Assembly (NCBI GenBank): GCA_018897195.1
Contig: JAHILH010000004.1
Coordinates: forward strand, 83,678 to 147,677
Reading direction: 5' to 3'
DNA: 64,000 nucleotides
Source of the DNA: Patescibacteria group bacterium
GTDB taxonomy: Bacteria > Patescibacteriota > Patescibacteriia > Patescibacteriales > UBA12075
Below are positions 1-9,789 of this stretch, piece after piece. How positions within the stretch are numbered: position 1 is the first letter of the stretch; each line of letters opens with the position of its first letter. Made by a program: the position numbers and the translations under genes. The notes under the pieces are model-generated. The model did not search any database and was not told where the DNA came from. It saw only the letters and a list, made by a program, of their open reading frames with translations.

Positions 1-1
1 G

Positions 2-580
2 AATAAAAAAATCCCTGAGCTATATGAAATAATCCAAAAAGAATTAACTAGGATGACCGGTATTTTAAATGATCTTACAGACCTTACCAACTCCGACGCC
101 AAGACAGAAAAAATCGAGCAGGAAATAGTCAGTCTAAATATTATTACCAAAACTGCTGTACGCTCATTAGACATTCTGGCTAAACAAAAAAATATCAAAC
201 TAGAACTTGCCAAAAACAATCCTAATATCAATATTATTGGCGATGAACAAAAATTAGAAAAATTATTATTAAACATTATCAGAAACGCCACTAAATATAC
301 CGACGTTGGTGGTTGGATAAAAGTTCACCTTGAAGAAAAAAATAAAATTGCCAAAATCATAGTCGAAGACAATGGCATTGGTGTTCCCCCGGAAGATTTG
401 CCTTATATTTTTGAAAGATTTTATCGCGTTGATAAAGCTCGCTCTCGTCAAGAAGGCGGGACCGGCCTTGGTCTCTCAATCTGTAAATGGATTGCCGAAG
501 CTCATGGCGGCAATATCCAAGTAGAAAGCCAAGAAGGGGTAGGAACAAAGTTTATTTTAGAATTACCAATAACTATATAA
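2..580 (+). CDS. Sensor histidine kinase, C-terminal HATPase_c fragment (5' end outside window)
   Basis: The reading frame is open from the window edge. The N/G1/G2 ATP-lid motifs are present: IIRNATKYT, DNGIGV, GGTGLGLSICKWIAEAHGG. Confidence 0.8.
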   Translation, partial: NKKIPELYEIIQKELTRMTGILNDLTDLTNSDAKTEKIEQEIVSLNIITKTAVRSLDILAKQKNIKLELAKNNPNINIIGDEQKLEKLLLNIIRNATKYTDVGGWIKVHLEEKNKIAKIIVEDNGIGVPPEDLPYIFERFYRVDKARSRQEGGTGLGLSICKWIAEAHGGNIQVESQEGVGTKFILELPITI

Positions 581-586
581 ATAAAA

Positions 587-618
587 AGCTCTGACCAACA
601 TCGTCAGAGCTTTTTATT
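587..618 (+). terminator. Rho-independent terminator after the kinase gene
   Basis: A 9 bp stem AGCTCTGAC/GTCAGAGCT with a 7 nt loop is followed by TTTTT. Confidence 0.6.
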
Positions 619-623
619 TATAT

Positions 624-652
624 TTGACACAAAACATAATAAGGATTATGAT
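624..652 (+). promoter_or_regulatory. Sigma70-type promoter TTGACA-N17-TATGAT for the csoR-copA operon
   Basis: A perfect -35 hexamer and a 17 nt spacer are followed by TATGAT. The promoter lies about 50 nt upstream of the csoR ATG. Confidence 0.55.
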
Positions 653-658
653 ATAGAT

Positions 659-677
659 ATACCTCCACCCCAGGTAT
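659..677 (+). promoter_or_regulatory. Putative CsoR operator (pseudo-palindrome ATACCT-CCACCCC-AGGTAT)
   Basis: A GC-rich inverted repeat of the TACC-N-GGTA type sits between the promoter -10 and the csoR start. It resembles known CsoR boxes. Confidence 0.45.
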
Positions 678-702
678 AGGTAATAAATTATTAAACACAC
701 TT

Positions 703-969
703 ATGGACTACAATAAAACAATTGCGATTAACTTTAAAAAGGCCAAAAGCTTAATTGCCAAACTTGAAACAATGTTAGAGCAAAAAGAATACTGCATTGA
801 CATTATGCAACAAAATCTTGCCGCGATTGGAATTTTGAAATCTGCCAATCAACAACTTCTGGAAAAGCATCTAAATTCCTGCTTCAAAAATGCGATGGCT
901 GCCAAAAATGAAGCTTTAAAACAAAAAATGATTGATGAAATAATTAAAGTTAACAAACTAGCTAAATAA
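703..969 (+). CDS. csoR: CsoR/RcnR-family metal-sensing transcriptional repressor
   Basis: The protein is 88 aa and all-helical, with conserved Cys and His/Cys ligand positions (YCIDIMQQ ... HLNSC). It lies immediately upstream of copper-export genes. Confidence 0.7.
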   Translation: MDYNKTIAINFKKAKSLIAKLETMLEQKEYCIDIMQQNLAAIGILKSANQQLLEKHLNSCFKNAMAAKNEALKQKMIDEIIKVNKLAK

Positions 970-974
970 ATTAT

Positions 975-2354
975 ATGACGCAAATTAATTTTAAAATTAA
1001 TGGCCTTCATTGTAAAAGCTGCAAAGCTCTAATTGAAAGCGAGGTTAAAGCCACCAATAAAATTGAAAACATTAACGTTGACCACATTAGCGGTGACACT
1101 TCTTTGGATTTTGACGGCAACATTGAAGAGATTTACAAAACCATCGAAGATCTGGGCTATGGCATTGTCAGAGAACCCAGCGCCGCTGATTCAAAAAAAA
1201 AAGATGTTGTAGCCGGTGTCATAACTAAAGAACAGAATCAATTTCTAGTCCCTGGTATTTCCCTGGCTTTGTTTATACTAGCTTATTTTCTGATTCAAAA
1301 ATTTGATCTATTCAGGATCATGTCACAACTAAACGAAGCAAGTATTAGCTATGGTGTTATTTTTGCCATCGGTCTCTTAGCAAGCTTTCATTGCATTGGC
1401 ATGTGTGGCGGACTTATTATAACTTATACAGCCTCAGGCAAACTCGATGAAAATCAAGAAACTAAAGACTCAAAAATAAAAAATCTACTGCCGCATATTC
1501 AATATAATCTTGGGCGCTTAATCTCCTACACCGTCATCGGTGGCGTCTTGGGCGGATTTGGCTCTTTCTTCGGAGTCAATCCAGTCTTTGCCGGCATTAT
1601 GACAATTTTTGTCGCAATTTTCATGCTCTTAATGGGAATTTCACTATACTCTGAACACAGATTTTTAAACAAGATTAAATTAAGCACACCAGCATTTATT
1701 GCTAAGTTCATTTTTAGCAATAAACACAATCAAAAACCAAAAGGACCATTTATCATTGGCATTCTTACTGGCTTTATGCCTTGCGGACCATTACAGGCGA
1801 TGCAATTATTCGCCCTTGCCTCTGGCAGCGTTTTTAATGGCGCGATGGCGATGTTTCTTTATTCCCTTGGCACTATTCCGCTCATGCTAGGCTTTGGCAC
1901 TCTAATTAGCTCCATTAGCCATATTAAAATTAGACAACTCATGAGATTTTCCGGCGTATTGGTTGTGCTCTTGGGTTTATTGATGGTCAATCGCGGTTTG
2001 GTAAATTTTGGTTATGGATTTAACCCATCGATGCAAAAAAATACGCCGGTGCAAACATCAAACACCGACAAAAATTCCAAAGAAGTTCAAGTAGTTGAAA
2101 TGGCTGTCACTTACAACGGTTATTCACCCAATGTTTTACATATCAAAAAGGATATACCAGTTAAATGGATTATTAAGGATAAAGGTATTACTGGTTGCAC
2201 CAGTGCTATCAAATTATATTTACCAGAAGGCACAATTAATAAAAACTTAGTTCAAAAAAGTGATACCATTATCGAATTTATACCGACGCGGGCCGGCGAA
2301 TTAAAATTCAGCTGCTGGATGAGTATGGTTTGGGGTAAGTTTATAGTTGAATAA
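975..2354 (+). CDS. Copper-handling fusion protein: N-terminal HMA domain (GLHCKSC), DsbD_2/UreH-like polytopic membrane domain (HCIGMCGG, MPCGP), C-terminal cupredoxin-like domain (FSCWMSMVWG)
   Basis: An MxCxxC heavy-metal-associated motif lies at residues 11-16. It is followed by about 6 TM segments carrying paired Cys motifs. The C-terminal ~100 aa carry a C..M.M motif typical of Cupredoxin_1. Confidence 0.55.
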   Translation: MTQINFKINGLHCKSCKALIESEVKATNKIENINVDHISGDTSLDFDGNIEEIYKTIEDLGYGIVREPSAADSKKKDVVAGVITKEQNQFLVPGISLALFILAYFLIQKFDLFRIMSQLNEASISYGVIFAIGLLASFHCIGMCGGLIITYTASGKLDENQETKDSKIKNLLPHIQYNLGRLISYTVIGGVLGGFGSFFGVNPVFAGIMTIFVAIFMLLMGISLYSEHRFLNKIKLSTPAFIAKFIFSNKHNQKPKGPFIIGILTGFMPCGPLQAMQLFALASGSVFNGAMAMFLYSLGTIPLMLGFGTLISSISHIKIRQLMRFSGVLVVLLGLLMVNRGLVNFGYGFNPSMQKNTPVQTSNTDKNSKEVQVVEMAVTYNGYSPNVLHIKKDIPVKWIIKDKGITGCTSAIKLYLPEGTINKNLVQKSDTIIEFIPTRAGELKFSCWMSMVWGKFIVE

Positions 2355-2379
2355 TTAAACTCCCGCCGTCGCTAATGCT

Positions 2380-4599
2380 ATGGCGTGGCAAAGTAAAAAT
2401 ATGAAAAAAATAATTATTAAAATCACCGGCATGACCTGTGCAAGCTGTGCACTCAATAATGAAAAAACTTTAGGGAGCACCAAGGGCATTATCAGCGCGA
2501 ATGTTAATTTTGCCAACAAGAAAGCAACAATTATATATGACGATAATATTCTAAACCAAACTCAGGTAAAAAAAATCATCATTAATAATGGCTACAATGT
2601 TGAGGAAGAAATAAAAAATAATGAAGATCATGGGCAACACATCCATGAAAATGGCGAAATTATTAAAGTACGCCGCACTTTTATCGGTGCCAGCATTTTC
2701 AGCCTTCCGTTATTACTTGAAATGTTTTATAAATGGCGACTAGGCATCATGTTCCTTCATCTCGACCTGGTGATGTATTTTCATTTTGTATTAGCAACTG
2801 TTGTTGTTTTTTACTACGGCTGGCGCTTTCATAAGATGGCCTTCAAACAAGCTTCTCATTTCCAAGCTAACATGGACACACTTGTCTCCATGGGCACCTT
2901 GTCGGCTTACTTTTATAGCTTCTGGTTACTAATTCAGGTCATTTTTTTCAACATTGAAAAGATGGGCTACTTTGAAACTGCAGCCATTATTATCACCCTA
3001 ATCTTACTCGGTAAATACTTCGAAGCCCGCGCTGCCGGTCAAGCAGGTCAAGCAATGAAAAAACTCATGGAACTAGGAGTTAAAAAAGCCCGTCTACTTA
3101 TCAATGGCGAAGAACGAGAAATTGATATTGAAAATATTAAGATTAATGACATTGTCATAGTTCGACCAAGTGAAAAAATCCCGCTTGATGGTATCATCGA
3201 AGATGGCGAGTCCAGTATTGACGAATCCATGTTGACTGGCGAATCTTTACCGTTAGAAAAAAAACCAGGTGACACTGTTTATGGTGCGACAATTAATCAG
3301 ACTGGCGTCTTGAGAATTAAAGTTACCCAAATTGGCGAAGGCACAATACTGGCCAAGATTATCAAAACTGTCGAAGAAGCTCAAGGGTCAAAAGCACCGA
3401 TTCAAAAATTAGCCGACAAAATATCTGGCATTTTTGCACCAGTCGTAATCATCATCGCCCTATTAACTTTTATCACCTTATATTTCAGCTCCGGTAATTT
3501 TGCCACCTCCCTAATCAATGCTATCACTGTTCTAGTTATTGCCTGTCCTTGCGCTCTTGGTTTGGCAACACCAACAGCCATTATGGCCGGTACTGGCCGT
3601 GGGGCTAAGAATGGAATACTATTTAAAAATAGTGAGAGCTTTGAAAGAGCCAAAAATATTACCATGATTGTCTTTGACAAAACCGGTACTCTCACCGAAG
3701 GCGCACCGCAGGTAAAAAAAATTATTACTAATCCAGAATTCAAATTCGAAGAGGCTCATATCATAAAAATCGGCGCCTCCGTTGCCCAAAATTCCAACCA
3801 TCCTCTTTCGATGGCTGTCAGCCAATACGCCGAACAAAAGAACACGCAACTTGCCGAATTAGAAAACTTCCAGGAGTTAAGCGGTCGTGGCGTTAGTGGC
3901 ACATGTAAAGCTCACAAAACTTCTCTAACACTTGGTAATAAAAAATTACTAACAGAAAACAATATCGACACTACGTGGGCTAATGAACTTCTAAGGGCCG
4001 AAAATCTGGAATCAGGTACAAGACTATTTGTCACACATGGTCAAAACTTAATTGGCGCCTTTATTATCGCTGATAAAATTCGAGCTGAGTCTGCTCAAGT
4101 TATCGCCGATCTTAAATCTATGGGCCTGAAGATTACAATGCTATCGGGCGACAATATTCAAACCGCTCAAGAAGTGGCCCGGGAATTGCAAATTGATAAT
4201 GTAATCGCCGAAGTCTTGCCAAACGAAAAATCACAAAAAATTAAAGATCTACAGGCTAGTGGCGAAAAAATTATTTTCGTTGGTGACGGTATCAATGACG
4301 CTCCTAGTCTCGTGCAAGCCAACCTCGGCATTGCCATGGGCAACGCGACTGATATTGCCAAAGAAGCCGGGCAAATAATTTTAATGCAAAATAATTTGAA
4401 TAAAGTTGTCGAAGCAATCAAATTGTCCAAAACAACTTTCCGCACTATCAAACAAAATATTTTCTGGGCCTTCTTCTATAACACCATTGCCATTCCATTA
4501 GCCATCCTTGGCGTTCTAAATCCAATCATCGCCTCGGCGGCCATGGGCTTTAGTTCCGTTTCGGTGGTCTTGAATAGTTTGCGGATATATAAGAAGTAA
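2380..4599 (+). CDS. copA: Copper-translocating P1B-type ATPase
   Basis: An HMA motif GMTCASCA is present. TM6 carries CPC (ACPCALG), followed by [13 protein letters not shown] and TGES motifs. The true start may be the internal Met at 2401. Confidence 0.95.
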   Translation: MAWQSKNMKKIIIKITGMTCASCALNNEKTLGSTKGIISANVNFANKKATIIYDDNILNQTQVKKIIINNGYNVEEEIKNNEDHGQHIHENGEIIKVRRTFIGASIFSLPLLLEMFYKWRLGIMFLHLDLVMYFHFVLATVVVFYYGWRFHKMAFKQASHFQANMDTLVSMGTLSAYFYSFWLLIQVIFFNIEKMGYFETAAIIITLILLGKYFEARAAGQAGQAMKKLMELGVKKARLLINGEEREIDIENIKINDIVIVRPSEKIPLDGIIEDGESSIDESMLTGESLPLEKKPGDTVYGATINQTGVLRIKVTQIGEGTILAKIIKTVEEAQGSKAPIQKLADKISGIFAPVVIIIALLTFITLYFSSGNFATSLINAITVLVIACPCALGLATPTAIMAGTGRGAKNGILFKNSESFERAKNITMIVFDKTGTLTEGAPQVKKIITNPEFKFEEAHIIKIGASVAQNSNHPLSMAVSQYAEQKNTQLAELENFQELSGRGVSGTCKAHKTSLTLGNKKLLTENNIDTTWANELLRAENLESGTRLFVTHGQNLIGAFIIADKIRAESAQVIADLKSMGLKITMLSGDNIQTAQEVARELQIDNVIAEVLPNEKSQKIKDLQASGEKIIFVGDGINDAPSLVQANLGIAMGNATDIAKEAGQIILMQNNLNKVVEAIKLSKTTFRTIKQNIFWAFFYNTIAIPLAILGVLNPIIASAAMGFSSVSVVLNSLRIYKK

Positions 4600-4612
4600 G
4601 AGTATCGTATAA

Positions 4613-4703
4613 CTCCCTCTCCTGGATAGGAGAGGGCAGGGTGAGGTAGATTTTCGGTGACGGCTCCCCCACCCCGACCCTCTCCCGGCGGGGCGAGGGA
4701 GAA
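4613..4703. repeat. GC-rich palindromic intergenic repeat, copy A (about 90 bp)
   Basis: The sequence is CTCCCTCTCCTGGATAGGAGAGGGCAGGGTGAGGTAGA...CTCCCGGCGGGGCGAGGGAGAA. It is about 93% identical to copy B at 14719-14811. Confidence 0.8.
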
Positions 4704-4725
4704 TTACAGTCGTCTTCGCAGATAA

Positions 4726-4760
4726 TAAAAAATGAGTGATTATATATCACTCATTTTTTA
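4726..4760. terminator. Bidirectional intrinsic terminator between copA and the ABC-F gene
   Basis: A 13 bp stem AATGAGTGAT/ATCACTCATT is flanked by an A-run and a T-run. Confidence 0.65.
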
Positions 4761-4803
4761 TTATCCTATATTCGTAATTCGCAAATTTTTAATTGATAAT
4801 TAA

Positions 4804-6258
4804 TTATATCTTCCCTAATTCCAGAAACTGATTAAATTTAATCTGATCCGTAAATTCCTTCATATGACTCACCATGATCAATGTCCCTTCAAATTTATTC
4901 ACCGCCTCAGCGATGATTGGGATATGACGGAAGTTAATATGATTGGTCGGCTCATCCATAATCAATAGTCCCGGTTTCATCAATACAATACTTGCCATCG
5001 ATAACAAACCCTTCTGACCTTCGGATAAAGCGGATATTTTTCGGCCCATCAATTCGCCAGAGATTAAGAAACGCGCCGCAATACCACGTAGGTGCTCAAC
5101 GCTTAAACCATCAGCCATTACCTTTTGCAAAAAATCCATCACCGTACTATCATAATCTAAATTCGCAAAATCCTGACTGTAATAACCAACTGTTACACCC
5201 TCAAGGATTTTCACACCCTCGGCTTTATTCTCAACCATTTTTTTCAATAATGTACTTTTACCAATTCCGTTTGGTCCAGTAATAATCATATGATCACCGC
5301 GACGCAAAATAATGTTTTGGGGCACGACAATTATTTCATAATTTTTCATCACGCTCACCGATTCAATCTCCACAATCTTACCAACAATCTCTTGTGCTGG
5401 AATATCAAAATCACGAATGCTCACATCTTCCTTGCGCACATCGACCATATTTTCCTCGGCTTCCTCAACTTCGTTTCTCATCTTCTGTGCTAGTTTTCTC
5501 ATTTTACCACCCTTATGTGAAAAGAAATTGGCTTTTTCTTTACGATCTTGAATTTGTTTTTCCAAGCGTGCATTTTGCATCTTCTCTTTTTCCACACGTG
5601 CGGAAATATTTTCTACCACGGTGTAATAATCACCAGTATATTGTTCAACTTTGTGCGTGTGAATATCTAGATAAATCACGCCTTCAGTAAAGCAGTTTAA
5701 AAAATCCGCATCATGTGAAATGACAATTACCGTTTTGTCATACATGATTAAAAACTGAATCAAATGATCAATGCCCGCATCATCAAGATTATTAGTAGGC
5801 TCATCCAAGAGTAAAATATCGGGATTCTGAATCAAGGCGTATGCCAAAAGCAAGCGCGCCTGCTGACCACCAGACAAATCACGCACTTTCTTATCAATCG
5901 GTACATCTAAATTAACCGCACTCATCACGCCCGCGATGCGTCCTTTAATATTACCAGGTGTTTCATGAAAGGCTTGGGAAAAATATTCTTCCAAAGTAAA
6001 GTCTAAATCCTTTTTCTCAATTACCTGTTTCGCGGTGCCAATCACCACGCCATCGCCAAAATGAACCTTCCCCTCTTTAGGTTTATTTTCACCAGTTATT
6101 AATTTAAAAATTGTGCTCTTTCCAGCCCCATTCTGCCCCATTAAGGTTATTTTTGAACCATTACGGATACTAAAAGATGCCTCATCTAAGACTTTCTTCT
6201 TGTCCACGTATTCAAATGTCACTTCATCAAAGCGCAAAACGACTTTATTATCTGCCAT
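4804..6258 (-). CDS. ABC-F family ATPase (tandem ABC domains, no TMD)
   Basis: There are two Walker A motifs (GQNGAGKST, GPNGIGKST) and two signature motifs (LSGGQQARL, LSEGQKGLL). Confidence 0.85.
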   Translation of the reverse strand: MADNKVVLRFDEVTFEYVDKKKVLDEASFSIRNGSKITLMGQNGAGKSTIFKLITGENKPKEGKVHFGDGVVIGTAKQVIEKKDLDFTLEEYFSQAFHETPGNIKGRIAGVMSAVNLDVPIDKKVRDLSGGQQARLLLAYALIQNPDILLLDEPTNNLDDAGIDHLIQFLIMYDKTVIVISHDADFLNCFTEGVIYLDIHTHKVEQYTGDYYTVVENISARVEKEKMQNARLEKQIQDRKEKANFFSHKGGKMRKLAQKMRNEVEEAEENMVDVRKEDVSIRDFDIPAQEIVGKIVEIESVSVMKNYEIIVVPQNIILRRGDHMIITGPNGIGKSTLLKKMVENKAEGVKILEGVTVGYYSQDFANLDYDSTVMDFLQKVMADGLSVEHLRGIAARFLISGELMGRKISALSEGQKGLLSMASIVLMKPGLLIMDEPTNHINFRHIPIIAEAVNKFEGTLIMVSHMKEFTDQIKFNQFLELGKI

Positions 6259-6352
6259 AGTTTATAAATGATTATTTAATTACTAAAATATAATAACAAA
6301 AAAGACAACTTTTGTAAAGGTGTCTTTTTGATAACTTTTAAAATCTTAAAAT

Positions 6353-6748
6353 CTAACTAACCGATGCTTCAAGTAATTTATTTATTTCCTGAGTTAATAT
6401 TTCTGGAGTAATTCTCGATTTCACCAAATAAGCATTCACACCTTGCATATAAACCATCTGCTTATCTCGTTCACTGTCTAAATTAGTCAAAACAATTAAG
6501 GGAATATTATTAACCTTAGAATTTCCTTTTACTTTTTCAATCAAATAAAAACCGTCCTTTTTCGGCATCACCAGATCGGTGATAATTATGTCTGGTCTTT
6601 CATCTAAAACCACGTCGTATCCCTCCTTGCCATTTCGCGCGATATAAACAATAAAATTTTCCATTTCCAATTTTGCACAATACATATCCATTAGCACTTC
6701 ATCATCCTCCACTAAAACAATTTTCTTTTTATTATCTGTTGTTTCCAT
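6353..6748 (-). CDS. Stand-alone response-regulator receiver (CheY-like) protein
   Basis: The DD...D...K receiver pattern is present (VLVEDDEV, IITDLVMP, K at the C-terminus). There is no output domain. Confidence 0.8.
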   Translation of the reverse strand: METTDNKKKIVLVEDDEVLMDMYCAKLEMENFIVYIARNGKEGYDVVLDERPDIIITDLVMPKKDGFYLIEKVKGNSKVNNIPLIVLTNLDSERDKQMVYMQGVNAYLVKSRITPEILTQEINKLLEASVS

Positions 6749-6817
6749 AATTTTAACTCACAGTTTATTAATAACTATATTATAGCAAATTTTCAAAATA
6801 AGAAAATACCGGCAATA

Positions 6818-7888
6818 TTAATTAATAAACATCCCGTCGCCATAACTATAAAAACGATAATTTTCTTTAATCGCCTCAGTATAAGCTTTTTTAATATTTT
6901 CCGTTCCAGCTAGGGCGGAAATTAGCATCAACAAGGTTGATTTGGGCAAATGAAAATTAGTGATCATCGCATCAACTATTTTAAACTCATAGCCGGGATA
7001 AATAAATATATTCACCAAGCCAGAATGAACGTTATTCAATAATTTAAAATTCTTCTGATTGTATGCATAAGCTTCCAGGGCGCGCGCTGAAGTGGTGCCA
7101 ACACTAATAATCCGTCGCTCCTCCACTTTTGCCTCGACAATACGGCGCAAAACCTCTTTGCGAATCTCCACAAACTCAGAGTGCATTTTATGACCCTTAA
7201 TATCATCAACTTTTACCGGTGCAAAAGTACCTAGACCAACGTGCAGGGTCACATATTCAATCTGTACGCCTTTGCCTTTTATTTTTTGCAACAACTCCGG
7301 CGTGAAATGCAGGCCTGCTGTCGGCGCCGCCACTGAGCCCTTTTTGTCATCATCAGCATAAACGGTTTGATAATTATGCTCATCATTTTTCTGCACATCA
7401 TTCAAATTTAAAAATTCACGCTGCTTCTTGATATAGGGAGGAATCGGCACTTCACCTAAAATCTCAACCGCTTTCCAAAAATTTTTTCCATGCTTGTCAA
7501 ATGAAATTTCAAAAGTTCCGTCATTATTGTCTCCCTCTACCTTGCCCGTCAATTCTTTTTTATTACCAAATTCAATCAGCATCCCCGCTTTCATACCCTT
7601 GCCACCGATTAAACATTGCCAATTATCACCTTGCAGTTGATGTAAAAAAACTTCCACCTTGCCACCCGTCACCTTCTTTCCAACTAAACGTGCTGGTACC
7701 ACTTTAGAATTGTTCAACACTAAGACATCGCCCTTTTGCAAATATTCAACAAAATCGTAAAAATGCCTATGCTCAATCGCGCCACTATGCTTATTTAAAA
7801 CCAAAAGCCGCGAATGATCCCGCGGACTAACTGGATGGGTTGCTATTAAATTTTCTGGCAAATTATAATCAAAATCTGATAATCGCAT
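6818..7888 (-). CDS. queA: S-adenosylmethionine:tRNA ribosyltransferase-isomerase
   Basis: The N-terminus is the typical MRLSDFDYNLPENLIATHP and the full length matches QueA. Confidence 0.9.
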   Translation of the reverse strand: MRLSDFDYNLPENLIATHPVSPRDHSRLLVLNKHSGAIEHRHFYDFVEYLQKGDVLVLNNSKVVPARLVGKKVTGGKVEVFLHQLQGDNWQCLIGGKGMKAGMLIEFGNKKELTGKVEGDNNDGTFEISFDKHGKNFWKAVEILGEVPIPPYIKKQREFLNLNDVQKNDEHNYQTVYADDDKKGSVAAPTAGLHFTPELLQKIKGKGVQIEYVTLHVGLGTFAPVKVDDIKGHKMHSEFVEIRKEVLRRIVEAKVEERRIISVGTTSARALEAYAYNQKNFKLLNNVHSGLVNIFIYPGYEFKIVDAMITNFHLPKSTLLMLISALAGTENIKKAYTEAIKENYRFYSYGDGMFIN

Positions 7889-7906
7889 ATGTTTCTCCCG
7901 TAAATT

Positions 7907-8452
7907 TTAAACTGTTTTATTTTCCTCTTTCTTATGATTCTCGGTCAACTTAATTATTATATCTCTCAGGCCGTCCGGGTCTGGCACATCTTCAAAAATA
8001 AACCTTTCTTTGGCGGCAGCTGTCTGAATATATAAATAACCGAATTTTAATAAGGTTGGTATTACGCCTTTTATTTCACTGGTAATATCCTGAATATTGG
8101 CAATTTTTTGTTCGGAAATTGTTCTCGAAAAAAAACCACGCTGTTCAATGTCTATAATTCTCTCAGTTGTTATAATCCAAAGATCTAAATAATAATCAAC
8201 AAAATTAAAAAACAAAAACAACCAGACAAAAAGATAGTAAGCGCTCGCGCCAAGAGTTGCTAGCGGTAAAAAAATTTCATTATCCATTATTCCCGCCTTT
8301 CCCAAAATAAGCGCCGCCACAATAAGCAGTGGCAAAATCATTAATAATATAGACAATAAAACAGATTTAAACAAGATAAAAAAATCACGATGAATAACCT
8401 TAATCACTTTTTCCCCTGGCATTTGATTTGGTAATTTATAAACTGAAAACAT
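7907..8452 (-). CDS. Membrane protein with bacterial PH (YdbS/bPH_2-like) domain
   Basis: Two N-terminal TM helices are followed by a DUF304-like PH fold. Confidence 0.45.
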   Translation of the reverse strand: MFSVYKLPNQMPGEKVIKVIHRDFFILFKSVLLSILLMILPLLIVAALILGKAGIMDNEIFLPLATLGASAYYLFVWLFLFFNFVDYYLDLWIITTERIIDIEQRGFFSRTISEQKIANIQDITSEIKGVIPTLLKFGYLYIQTAAAKERFIFEDVPDPDGLRDIIIKLTENHKKEENKTV

Positions 8453-8455
8453 AAT

Positions 8456-8710
8456 TTAAAATTTAAATTGATTATTTGGATTAAAATCGATATTAAAAAA
8501 AGAAACTGGCGTTGTCCAATTAACTTGCTCTATATAATAAAATGACGATGACAGCATCAATCCAGATACACCAACAAAAACAACAGTGGCAAATACCGTT
8601 GCTAAATCACGAACTCCATAGGATAAAATATGAAAAAGAGAAATCACTGCTATCAATGCCCAGATAGCTAAAAAAATATAATAAGCGTAGAGAAATATTA
8701 TTAAAGACAT
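8456..8710 (-). CDS. Small hydrophobic membrane protein, unknown function
   Basis: The protein is 84 aa with two predicted TM segments. It is tightly spaced with its neighbouring genes. Confidence 0.4.
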   Translation of the reverse strand: MSLIIFLYAYYIFLAIWALIAVISLFHILSYGVRDLATVFATVVFVGVSGLMLSSSFYYIEQVNWTTPVSFFNIDFNPNNQFKF

Positions 8711-8730
8711 AGCTTAAATTTATTAAATTA

Positions 8731-9753
8731 TTATTTTTGAATTTTATTTAAATGTTTGCGCGCAATGTCCGTAACAATTCGTCCTCGTGGTGAACGATCC
8801 AAAAATCCCAATTGCATTAAATATGGTTCATACACGTCCTCTATTGTAGACATATCCTCACCAGTCGCTGCCGCAATCGTATTCAAGCCAACAGGCCCTC
8901 CTTTATATTTATCAATAATCGTTTCCAAAATACGGCGATCAATCCAATCAAGACCAAGATCATCAACCTCTAACATGCCAAAAGCGCCGTGACACATTTC
9001 TTCATTAATAATACCGGCCCCCTTAACATCTGCATAGTCGCGCACACGCTTCAAGAGTCGATTGGCCACACGTGGCGTACGACGAGCGCGCTGCGCAATC
9101 GCTTGTGAAGAAATGTCATCAGTCGCCATATTCAAAATTCGTGAACTGCGACTAATAATCTTTTTTATGTCGTCATTGTTATAAAAATCCAAATGGTGAA
9201 TCATGCCGAAGCGATCACGCAAAGGCGCAGACAACATGCTCGCTTTCGTCGTCGCGCCAATAATTGTAATCCGTGGCAAATCAATGCGTAAAGTCCGCGC
9301 CGATGGCCCCTTGCCAATAATAATATCCAGGGCATAATCCTCCATCGCCGGATACAAAATCTCTTCAATCGTCTTGTTCAAGCGGTGAATCTCGTCAATA
9401 AACAAAATATCTCCTTCACTTAAATTCGTCAGAATCGCCGCCAAGTCGCCACTCTTCTCAATCGCCGGCCCGGAAGTAATCTTAATATTCGCCCCCATCT
9501 CATTCGCAATAATATGCGCCAATGTTGTTTTGCCTAGTCCTGGCGCCCCATACAACAACACATGTTCAATTGTCTCATTTCGATTCTTTGCCGCTTGAAT
9601 TGCAATCTTAATATTTTCTTTAATCTTATCTTGCCCCACATACTCCTCAAAGTTTTTTGGACGCAAAGAAAAATCCAGCGCCTTATCAACGCCAGTTTCC
9701 ACCGGACTAATCACCCGCCCTTCTTCATCTTCACTAAAAGTAGAGAAATTCAT
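8731..9753 (-). CDS. ruvB: Holliday junction branch-migration ATPase
   Basis: [12 protein letters not shown] and the Walker A motif GAPGLGKTT are present. The full-length RuvB architecture is conserved. Confidence 0.95.
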   Translation of the reverse strand: MNFSTFSEDEEGRVISPVETGVDKALDFSLRPKNFEEYVGQDKIKENIKIAIQAAKNRNETIEHVLLYGAPGLGKTTLAHIIANEMGANIKITSGPAIEKSGDLAAILTNLSEGDILFIDEIHRLNKTIEEILYPAMEDYALDIIIGKGPSARTLRIDLPRITIIGATTKASMLSAPLRDRFGMIHHLDFYNNDDIKKIISRSSRILNMATDDISSQAIAQRARRTPRVANRLLKRVRDYADVKGAGIINEEMCHGAFGMLEVDDLGLDWIDRRILETIIDKYKGGPVGLNTIAAATGEDMSTIEDVYEPYLMQLGFLDRSPRGRIVTDIARKHLNKIQK

Positions 9754-9789
9754 AAATATATTATATAATTTTGGCAGTAATTTAGCAAA

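Noticed and set aside
1526-1890. Small ORFs inside the copper operon (1526..1729 -, 1699..1890 +) and inside other long genes (e.g. 3048..3849, 4167..4451, 4992..5690, 15079..17552, 23726..24154, 26079..26672)
   Set aside because: They are fully embedded in, or antisense to, well-supported long genes such as copA, the ABC-F gene, polA and pheST. They have no independent signals.
2380-2400. Alternative start for copA
   Set aside because: The ORF begins at 2380 ([10 protein letters not shown]...). The Met at 2401 ([16 protein letters not shown]) gives a more typical N-terminus. Neither has a clear SD, so the track coordinates were kept.
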